From Cyanobacteria bacterium P01_A01_bin.123 (lineage in GTDB: Bacteria; Cyanobacteriota; Cyanobacteriia; Phormidesmidales; Phormidesmidaceae), in assembly GCA_039815185.1 (NCBI GenBank), contig JBCBZT010000083.1:1-24029 (forward strand): a stretch of DNA of 24,029 nucleotides, written 5' to 3'. A model generated the notes under the pieces. That model was not told the origin of the DNA, made no database searches, and saw only the letters and a program-made list of their open reading frames with translations. Shown here piece after piece: positions 1 through 6,860 of this stretch. A program made the position numbers and the translations under genes. How positions within the stretch are numbered: the first letter of the stretch is position 1; every line of letters begins with the position of its first letter.

Positions 1-281
1 GTGAACTGTCGCTGCACAACCGCGTCATTTACCGTGCTCCCTGAACCAATGGGCTTCGTTGTGTTGTGCCAACTTACCCAGGAGTCCCGGCCTGCTATGA
101 CGTTTCTGTTCGTCGGCTCACAGCTTTGCTGCTGGCTTCCTTCAGACCCTCCCTCGCGGGAACGCCCTTGCCTTAAGCTAGTCGTTGTTGTCTCTCGGCT
201 CCTATGACTTTCGAGCATTTGGACACTGGTTCTCCGACAGGGGACTTGCACCCCATTAGTTCACGCCCGTGCCGGGCGTAC
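1..281 (-). mobile_element. Group II intron, class IIC (attC-targeting), 5' end/domain I; the rest, including any RT ORF, lies left of the window
   Basis: The minus strand from 281 reads GTACGCCCGGCACGGGCGTGAACTAATGGGGTGCAAGTCCCCTG..., typical of a IIC intron 5' end. The 5' exon ends TTTGT (IBS1 TTGT). A hairpin GTTG-GCACAACA-CAAC at 73..58 carries the complementary EBS1 ACAA (64-67). The intron is antisense to the adjacent cassette genes. Confidence 0.85.
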
Positions 282-337
282 ACAAACTCATTGCAGCGGG
301 CGGAAGCGAGAGCCTGGTATAGGTATAAAATTTGTTA

Positions 338-1259
338 GAGGATATTTGGAAACCCGGAGAGATGAAAATAGGTCACGCCAATCTGCGTAGCATGAGTCGA
401 ATCATGGCAATGTGAATGAAGGCTTCCGAGGACTCTGGGAGGCGCTCATAATCGACATTGAGACGCCGACACCAGTGCAGCCAACCATAGGTGCGTTCGA
501 CCATCCAGCGCTTGGGCAGCAGGACAAACCCTTGGGCTCCCTCGGGGCGCAAGACCACCTCCCAAATCAAGCAAAAGGTATCCATCACCCATTGGCAAAA
601 GTCCTTGCCAGAGAAGCCCCCATCCACCCAGATACGCACTAACCGAGGAAACCGATGGGGTTCGTTTTCTACTTTGTACAGTAACTGTTTAGCCCCTTCT
701 CGTTCCGGCACACTGGCGGCGACAACATGAACTGCCATCAGCAAGCCGAAGGTGTCCACTAGTGTAAAACGCTTGCGGCCTTTGACTTGTTTGCCTGCGT
801 CGTAGCCAACTGCCTCATGCACCATAACTGCCGTCGGCACAGATTGGGAATCCACAGAGCCTGCGCTGGCGGTAGAGGGATGGTCTTCGAGCACCCGTAC
901 CCACTGCACGAGATGGTCGTGCACTCGTTTCCAAGTGCCATCATGGCGCCACTGTCGGAAGTAATAGTAGACGGTGGAATAGGGCAAAAAGGTCTTGGGT
1001 AACAGAGACCAAGCACAGCCTGTCATCAAGACGTAGAGAATGGCGTTAACAACTTGGTACAGGTCTACGGTTCGGGGGCGACCTGTGGGCTTGGGAGCCG
1101 GTAATTGGGAAGCCAGCAGTTCCCATTGTGCTTGAGTCAGGTCACTGGCGTAGGCTAGAGTCATGGCTTTCTAGGAGGCTAAGATTTGCTAATTTCAGCC
1201 TAATGACTAGAAAGCCTTTCTTGGATACGGGTGCTCTTTGCTACTTTTCAAATATCCTC
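338..1259 (-). mobile_element. IS5-family (IS1031-group-like) insertion sequence, 922 bp
   Basis: Terminal IRs GAGGATATTTGGAAA (338-352) and TTTTCAAATATCCTC (1245-1259) match at 14/15. 3-bp TTA target duplication at 335-337 and 1260-1262. Single transposase ORF inside. Confidence 0.93.
373..1164 (-). CDS. IS5-family DDE transposase
   Basis: 263 aa; N-terminal YASDLTQAQW...GRPR...NAILY...TGCAW; DDE motifs VDSQSV, VDTFG, WVDGGF, KRWMVERTYGWL. Confidence 0.95.
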   Translation of the reverse strand: MTLAYASDLTQAQWELLASQLPAPKPTGRPRTVDLYQVVNAILYVLMTGCAWSLLPKTFLPYSTVYYYFRQWRHDGTWKRVHDHLVQWVRVLEDHPSTASAGSVDSQSVPTAVMVHEAVGYDAGKQVKGRKRFTLVDTFGLLMAVHVVAASVPEREGAKQLLYKVENEPHRFPRLVRIWVDGGFSGKDFCQWVMDTFCLIWEVVLRPEGAQGFVLLPKRWMVERTYGWLHWCRRLNVDYERLPESSEAFIHIAMIRLMLRRLA

Positions 1260-1319
1260 TTAGCCGCCGCTGAATGTGAACGTTATGCTGCTTCAATCTG
1301 AATTCACCATAGGATTAAT

Positions 1320-1688
1320 ATGATTGGTTATTTAACGATTGGAACAAATGACTTAGAAAGAGCTACGGATTTTTACGATAGTCTTCTAAAAGATCTAGGT
1401 GGGACTAAAGCTTTTCAAACTGAAGAGTTAACAGCGTGGAGTTTTGGGGAGGGGACATCGCTTCTAACTATCACAAAGCCCTTTGACAAAAATATTGCAA
1501 CGGCAGGTAATGGAGTGATGGTTGCATTGAAAGCCGAAAACCCTTCTGTAATAGATGCTCTGCATTCTAAAGCATTGACTTTAGGTGGAACTAACGAAGG
1601 CGATCCTGGTCCACGTGGAAAAAACTTTTATGCTGCATATTTTCGTGATCTCGATGGTAATAAACTCAATTTTTTCTGCTATACATAA
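1320..1688 (+). CDS. VOC/glyoxalase family protein (gene cassette)
   Basis: MIGYLTIGTNDLERATDFYD...GNGVMVAL...EGDPGPR...FYAAYFRDLDGNKL. AGGA RBS upstream. The stop TAA lies inside the attC R'' ACATAAC. Confidence 0.9.
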   Translation: MIGYLTIGTNDLERATDFYDSLLKDLGGTKAFQTEELTAWSFGEGTSLLTITKPFDKNIATAGNGVMVALKAENPSVIDALHSKALTLGGTNEGDPGPRGKNFYAAYFRDLDGNKLNFFCYT

Positions 1689-1699
1689 CAACCGGTTGC
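1683..1699 (+). repeat. attC site 2, left arm only (truncated)
   Basis: R'' ACATAAC (near-complement of the preceding GTTATGC) followed by AACCGGTTGC, resembling the L'' of site 3479-3564; no right arm follows. Confidence 0.55.
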
Positions 1700-1916
1700 G
1701 GATTTTCGGCACTGGTCTCGCGTGATAGGATTTTGGAATGCTCTCACAGCAAGGGATACGAGGATCATCAACAAAATAAATATGGCGGAAATTTTGGCTT
1801 AAAACCGCTCGAACCCTATGTTTTGGTTGAGAAATCGTTTGATTGCTCTGATCACCCAAAATCCTAGATCCTTTATGTAGCAAGGGATTTCGGGCTCACA
1901 TCCAATGGGCCAGCCG
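1700..1916. mobile_element. Possible MITE-like/IS-end remnant interrupting attC2
   Basis: Non-coding. Inverted repeat TAGGATTTTGG (1726-1736)/CCAAAATCCTA (1856-1866) and direct repeat AGCAAGGGAT (1748-1757, 1879-1888). Boundaries approximate. Confidence 0.35.
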
Positions 1917-2015
1917 ATCTTATAGGGTGCGTTCTTTACTGCAACGCCTACTACCCCACTGATAGATTTTTGTGAACGCACCATGCTCGTAAATTTCTTG
2001 AAGCAAGCGATCGCA

Positions 2016-2103
2016 GCCTAACAACGCCCACGCCCACCGACCGCCGAAAATGGGTCGGTATGATGCAGAGGTTCTCTGCGGCGAGTGATGGGCAACGTTA
2101 GGT
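2016..2103 (+). repeat. attC site 3
   Basis: R'' GCCTAAC (its TAA ends a short remnant frame ...NFLKQAIAA*) and R' GTTAGGT; imperfect inner arms GCCCACGCCCACCGACCGC/GCGGCGAGTGATGGGC; 88 bp. Confidence 0.75.
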
Positions 2104-2408
2104 AACTTGCCTCTTTGATAGAGGAATGTTAAGAGGTTGTCCAAAGGTATTAAGTAGAAACGCCAAGCTAACGAAGTGGTTGCTGGGGCTAGGATCAATG
2201 CTCTATGGGGTTATTGAATATTTCAATACAGGCGCGGCTGTTGGCATCTATCGTCGTGCCCGCGATCGCGGACATCAGTTGATAAGCCAACAGACTTCTC
2301 AACACAAAGTATAAGATGATGTTCGAGGAGAACATAGAAGATGAAATTGCCATAATTGCACCGTCTTCAAAGTTGCCATTAATGGTCTAGCTCTGACCAA
2401 GGAAATCT

Positions 2409-3245
2409 ATGGGAGAAACAAATCGCAGTGAAGAACAGTGGCGAGAACTATTCCGTTCAACGCTTACTAAAAACAAAGATCCTGATCGGTTTAGGCAAGC
2501 GTTTTGTCAGATTTTAGCAGGTCAAGACAATGTAGCCTTTAAAGTGCTTGAAAGCGAAATGAGGCAGCTTAGATTTGAACTGCTTGACAAGGATCTATGC
2601 AGCCAACTGGAGAAATATTTAAGTTCAGGCGATTGGCAAAAGGCAGATGAGGAAACAGCATGGCTTTTTTATCTTACTATGGTCAGGCAGAACTATCTCA
2701 ATTGGTTTGAACTATGTCAAAAATTTCCTGATGAGATCCTTAAAGAAATTGATGACCTTTGGGTTGCCCACAGTGGAGGACGATTTGGACTAAGCGTTCA
2801 AAGGTGTATTTGGGAAGGCTTTGGAGGAACCTTAAGCGGAGAGAGTGAACATACGGAAGTGTATGATTTTTTTGACTCTCCAGAAGAGTTTGAGAGCTGG
2901 ACTAAGTTTTGCCAGAAAGTTGAATGGTGTATATCTGAAAAGTGGATATTAGAAAACCAAAACTTACTCTCTCTTGAGTTTCTAAAGCCATGTTTGGATT
3001 CATTCAAACGGCACTCTAATTCTTCGATAAAGCGTCAAAGGAAATTTTCGTGGTGGATTTCTTACGAATCAGTACTTTCCTTAAAAAAATACAAGGGGGA
3101 ATTAGCGATTGGTGCATTACCTGCCTTGCATGCCAATGGTCAATGGGGGTTTCTTTTTAAGCGAGGTATTAGCGGCGGGAGCTGGGGGATTAGGAAAGAA
3201 TTGAGAGCTTTATTTTCACATCAAGCCTTAGTCGATAAGCATTAG
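2409..3245 (+). CDS. GUN4-domain-containing protein
   Basis: LEKYLSSGDWQKADEETAW...FPDEILKEIDDLWVAHSGGRFGLSVQRCIW matches the GUN4-like domain signature; N-terminal extension of unknown function. Confidence 0.8.
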   Translation: MGETNRSEEQWRELFRSTLTKNKDPDRFRQAFCQILAGQDNVAFKVLESEMRQLRFELLDKDLCSQLEKYLSSGDWQKADEETAWLFYLTMVRQNYLNWFELCQKFPDEILKEIDDLWVAHSGGRFGLSVQRCIWEGFGGTLSGESEHTEVYDFFDSPEEFESWTKFCQKVEWCISEKWILENQNLLSLEFLKPCLDSFKRHSNSSIKRQRKFSWWISYESVLSLKKYKGELAIGALPALHANGQWGFLFKRGISGGSWGIRKELRALFSHQALVDKH

Positions 3246-3275
3246 TTTATGTATTTCCGTGGAAAACGATTGCAA

Positions 3276-3364
3276 ACCTAACTATTCGGCTATAACCGAT
3301 GAAATAGAGGTTCTTGATTTGGACTAAAAAGTTATCTCACACGGATAAACCGGAGACATTAGAC
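3276..3364 (+). repeat. attC site 4 (degenerate)
   Basis: R'' ACCTAAC is the exact complement of the previous R' GTTAGGT; arms CGGCTATAACCG/CGGATAAACCG; R' decayed to ATTAGAC; 89 bp. Confidence 0.6.
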
Positions 3365-3478
3365 CGCGAAAATTCGTCCCCGATGCTACGGGGTTTATTG
3401 CGAGGATATTTCAATCGATAAAGCACTCTGTACGTACTGAAACGAGCCACGGCTGTTTCTACTAAGACTAATATCGCC

Positions 3479-3564
3479 GCCTTACTATCCGGTTGCACTC
3501 GATGAAGCGGTAAGTTCTGGTTAGAATTAAAATCTTCTACCATGGGTGAACCGAGACATAATGG
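3479..3564 (+). repeat. attC site 5 (degenerate)
   Basis: GCCTTAC-TATC-CGGTT[G]CACTC ... GGGTGAACCG-AGAC-ATAATGG; the L boxes pair with an extrahelical G, both R boxes are mutated; 86 bp. Confidence 0.55.
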
Positions 3565-3749
3565 ACAACAACGACATGGAACCTATCCTCCTTGACTCGA
3601 CAGACGAACACGCGGTGGAAGATTTGGTGATGTCTCTCATTCAGACTGAGCCCACTGAGTATACCGTCCTGAATGAGCACCGAGAAGACATCACCCACGA
3701 GATCAAGAAGCTCGTATCACTCAGGGCCAGAATTATCAAAGGCCGATAG
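3561..3749 (+). CDS. Small hypothetical protein (cassette-like)
   Basis: 62-aa ORF from ATG 3561 (ORF track starts at GTG 3546), lying between two attC-like sites. Confidence 0.5.
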   Translation: MDNNDMEPILLDSTDEHAVEDLVMSLIQTEPTEYTVLNEHREDITHEIKKLVSLRARIIKGR

Positions 3750-3837
3750 CCTAAGAACTGTGCAGTCTCTCGCATAACCCACAAGCCAGATCTTGTAGCG
3801 CAGCAGACAACCTCTACTGCATTACAGATCGTTGTAA
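3749..3837 (+). repeat. attC-like site 6 (very degenerate)
   Basis: GCCTAAG-AACTGTGCAG ... CTGCATTACAG-ATC-GTTGTAA directly after the ORF stop; 89 bp, the same size as the other sites. Confidence 0.35.
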
Positions 3838-3856
3838 TTGATGAGTTTGGGTTCCC

Positions 3857-3915
3857 TACAAACGTGAGCAGTTGTGGTTGTCGCCCGATCTCGCAACTGA
3901 GCTCTTATGTTATGC
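3857..3915 (+). repeat. attC-like site 7 (short, degenerate)
   Basis: TACAAAC-GTGAG-CAGTTGTG ... CGCAACTG-AGCTCTTAT-GTTATGC; 59 bp, ending in the same GTTATGC core as site 1. Confidence 0.4.
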
Positions 3916-4087
3916 AGTGCGATCGCCTCTCAGCTCCGCTCAATGAAACCGACCTGAAAAGCGTTGAAACCGCTTTCAAACGTTCTTTATTGAACCAAAC
4001 CGTCTTGTGGCAGAGTCAAATTGCGTTTATCAGGAGCGATCGCGCTAAGGGGATTGCGATTCACACACCCAACTAAAATCTGACAAC

Positions 4088-4531
4088 ATGGCCGTCAATG
4101 ATAACGATTCTCCGCAAGGTATCTTCACTGATTCTCACCATGCAGCATCTCACCGATTTGCAATCTTCGAGGACGACGGCACATCCGCGTGGCTCTACCT
4201 CACCGAACCAAACACTCAAAAACCGACTGCTGCTGCATGGGTATACAACCGTATCGCCGCTCCACCAGCTAAAGATATTCAGACGTATCGCGGTGGGTCG
4301 CCGCCTGCTGCAATTGGCTACGCATCTGTCACCGCATTGTGTCAGTCACCACATACGCACAAATGGAAGATCATCTGGGCTGATGATGGCAATTCCGTAG
4401 CAATAACCAAAGATGGTAACCCCGTCGCTTGCATAATCTCCGTCCCCAAAGCAAGTTACAGTCGCGAGTTGATCAAGGACGGGCCGTGGGGGCACATGTG
4501 GTCTGACTATGAGTTTAATCGCGTATTCTGA
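4088..4531 (+). CDS. Hypothetical protein
   Basis: 147-aa ATG ORF with protein-like, conserved-looking composition (FEDDGTSAWLYL...WVYNR...GPWGH); family not recognised. Confidence 0.7.
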   Translation: MAVNDNDSPQGIFTDSHHAASHRFAIFEDDGTSAWLYLTEPNTQKPTAAAWVYNRIAAPPAKDIQTYRGGSPPAAIGYASVTALCQSPHTHKWKIIWADDGNSVAITKDGNPVACIISVPKASYSRELIKDGPWGHMWSDYEFNRVF

Positions 4532-4704
4532 AGACGTTGCCAAACATCACTTTCTTGATGTTTAAGGCGAGAAGAGGATGGGTCAGACGCCTGAGTGTTT
4601 TGTCCACGCAGAGCACGGGTGAACAGGACTTTGATTCTGCCTGTCCGTCTCGAATAACAGAACTTAAACTGTTATCCTACTGAAGCCTTAGTCAGCCTTC
4701 TGAA

Positions 4705-5250
4705 ATGAAAATCACCTACTCTGTAGCCACAAGTCTCGATGGTTTCATTGCAAGAGAGGATGGAGATGTCTCTTGGCTAGATGAAATGAATATCGACACC
4801 AATGAAACAGGTCTGGAGGCGTTCTTCGCCAGCATCGATGGTCTCGTAATGGGGCGTAATACTTACGACTTTGTCTTCAACTACGGATCTTGGCCGTACG
4901 AAGATAAACCGACATGGGTGTGCACACATAGTGATCTTCAACCGCTAGACGGTGCGAACCTGATAGTGGTTGGAGATATCGACAAAGTCATCAGTGGGGC
5001 AACCACAAGCGGCCTTGAACACCTCTGGCTGGTCGGTGGCGGACGGCTTGCATCTGCCTTTTTGGCGAAAGGCTTGATTACAAATGTGAGCATTGCCGAG
5101 ATGCCAATCAAATTGGAATCAGGAATACCGCTTTTTTCTGATTACAAACTAGAAGATATCGTTTTCATAGAACGAAACGTCATACAAAAGAACGGCTTCA
5201 GGCAGATTGACATCGTCATAAAGAACAATCGCAACATCACAAACGAATGA
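4705..5250 (+). CDS. Dihydrofolate reductase-like (RibD C-terminal) family protein
   Basis: YSVATSLDGFIAREDGDVSWL...LVMGRNTYD...WPY...LWLVGGGRLASAF...GIPLF. Confidence 0.9.
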   Translation: MKITYSVATSLDGFIAREDGDVSWLDEMNIDTNETGLEAFFASIDGLVMGRNTYDFVFNYGSWPYEDKPTWVCTHSDLQPLDGANLIVVGDIDKVISGATTSGLEHLWLVGGGRLASAFLAKGLITNVSIAEMPIKLESGIPLFSDYKLEDIVFIERNVIQKNGFRQIDIVIKNNRNITNE

Positions 5251-5348
5251 ACCGGAACCGCAAAAGCTGGGTTGGCGAGCTGTACTCGTTCATGCTAGCT
5301 CTCGACTTGGCTATCCTAATCTTTGCTTTGGCTGAACCGGAGGAGAAC

Positions 5349-6056
5349 ATGGGCTGTTTCGGTGGCGTAGGCTGTTTCGACTTCCAACGGTGGTGCAATG
5401 AGATCGTCCCTGCCCTTAAAATCGGCGAAGCCACGAGCATCGTTGCTGCGGAGATAGCAGAGCTTCGGCAGCAGCGGCGATGGGGCGTGAAGTTTCGTGG
5501 GCTTGGGGCTGTCTGTATGACTTTTGACCATGAGCTGTGTGATAGCCCCCTGGGTCGACTTTTCCGCGTCGATGAAAATGGCTTGTTTGTCGAAGACCAC
5601 AAGCCATTGGGGCGGACAGGAGGTTGGGGATACGAGGAGTTGGCCGATCTCGTTGAGCAACTGGCATCCACTTGCATCACAGAAGTTGAGGTGGTTGGTC
5701 GGACGTACCGCTTGCCGTGGTTACTTCAACCGTTGCACGACACTGACCTGACAATCAGTAAGGATCTTTTACTCCTGGCGCACAAGCTTGATACACAGGG
5801 TGAATTTTGGACCCACGGCAGCGGGGGTTACGGAGAGGGGATACATGGCTGGCTTGATCCGGAAGAAACGGCCTGGTTAGCGCACCTTCTCGATCAGCTG
5901 TTTGAATCGGCGGTATGGGGGCAACTGCCACATGATGACTACACGATCAACGAATCCCAAAGTAAGTTGCGGCAAGTGCAACGCGTTGCTAACTTATCAA
6001 CTAAAGCGGAAAGAGGCCTACTTTGGGGAGGAGACCTAGAGATCTTCTACCCATGA
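5349..6056 (+). CDS. Hypothetical protein
   Basis: The open frame runs from 5247, but the ATG at about 5349 follows a strong GGAGGAG RBS; no family recognised. Confidence 0.6.
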   Translation: MGCFGGVGCFDFQRWCNEIVPALKIGEATSIVAAEIAELRQQRRWGVKFRGLGAVCMTFDHELCDSPLGRLFRVDENGLFVEDHKPLGRTGGWGYEELADLVEQLASTCITEVEVVGRTYRLPWLLQPLHDTDLTISKDLLLLAHKLDTQGEFWTHGSGGYGEGIHGWLDPEETAWLAHLLDQLFESAVWGQLPHDDYTINESQSKLRQVQRVANLSTKAERGLLWGGDLEIFYP

Positions 6057-6083
6057 AGGGGTGAAGGAGGTGTACGTATCGTG

Positions 6084-6614
6084 ATGGCCATAAATCTTCG
6101 CACCAAAAGGCTGACACTCGAACCCCTGAAATTAGCTGATATGCCAGCCATTTACAATATTGCCAAAGAGAGAAAAAGCATCGAAGACTTTCAGTACGTT
6201 GCCGACAGTCTTGATGATGTTAAGGATTGGCTAGAGCCCAGTTACCATGACCCGAACAACTTAGTCTGGATCATACAAAAACAAGGACAGACCATTGGGC
6301 TTTTTGACGTTTGCTTTGAAGCTGAATACTCCGACTTAGAAACCAACGTATGTCGCATCGGATATTTCCTCGACTTTAGGGAACACAATCAGGGTTATAT
6401 AACGGAGGCATTACTCGCGGTAGTAGACTGGTTGTTTCGTTCTACAGATGTTGAGCGAATTGAAGCCGGAGTTACGCTGCACAATATACCTTCATACCGT
6501 GTCCTGGAAAAAGCAGGGTTTATCCGAGAGAAAGTAATTGAAAACAATTGGAAATGGTATGACAAAGTCTATGACAGTGCTTACTACTATTTACCTAAAA
6601 CATCTACCACTTGA
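6084..6614 (+). CDS. GNAT N-acetyltransferase, RimJ/RimL-like
   Basis: LRTKRLTLEPL...IGYFL...NQGYITEAL...NIPSYRVLEKAGF; AAGGAGG RBS. Confidence 0.9.
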   Translation: MAINLRTKRLTLEPLKLADMPAIYNIAKERKSIEDFQYVADSLDDVKDWLEPSYHDPNNLVWIIQKQGQTIGLFDVCFEAEYSDLETNVCRIGYFLDFREHNQGYITEALLAVVDWLFRSTDVERIEAGVTLHNIPSYRVLEKAGFIREKVIENNWKWYDKVYDSAYYYLPKTSTT

Positions 6615-6860
6615 CTCTGCAAAGCGATTCTGAGCAATAACGAGTCGTTGTGTGGGTTAGTTTGAACCTCGAAACTCAGAAATTACTGGTCTTTGTATGA
6701 CTAACTTGACCTGGGAGTAGATGTAAAGGCGAAGTGATTGGACTTCATTGTAAAGTGGCTTCACACTACCCAACTTTGAGGCCCAGATTATCGCTGAAGT
6801 AATTCTCTAAATTGATAAACTTCAATAAGCTAGGCGTTTGTCCTCCCATCTCGCCCAACC

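Larger units (their letters stand above)
282..1288 (+). repeat. attC site 1 (split: 282-337 + 1263-1288, IS in between; most of R'' displaced by the intron)
   Basis: With the IS and one TTA removed: AC-AAACT-CATTGCAG-CGGGCGG...GCCGCCG-CTGAATG-TGAAC-GTTATGC. L'' CATT[G]CAG pairs with L' CTGAATG leaving one extrahelical G, and R' GTTATGC is close to GTTRRRY. Reconstituted length about 87 bp. Confidence 0.8.

Noticed and set aside
1..207. 68-aa ORF on the + strand
   Set aside because: Antisense to structured group II intron RNA; no protein-like features
412..1016. Several short ORFs inside the IS
   Set aside because: Shadow frames of the transposase
282..3915. CRISPR array interpretation of the recurring palindromes
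   Set aside because: Elements are non-identical, 59-89 bp, separated by gene-sized or irregular gaps; no cas genes
4539..4680. Possible attC after the 147-aa gene (GCCAAAC..., GGGTGAACAGGAC, GTTATCC)
   Set aside because: The pieces do not pair into one R''-L''-L'-R' structure; only small local hairpins
5247..5348. N-terminal 34 codons of the 269-aa ORF
   Set aside because: Overlaps attC-like relic sequence; a better RBS and ATG occur at about 5349
6615..6860. T-box or pheM-like attenuator upstream of pheS
   Set aside because: No T-box consensus, Phe-rich leader peptide or terminator/antiterminator visible
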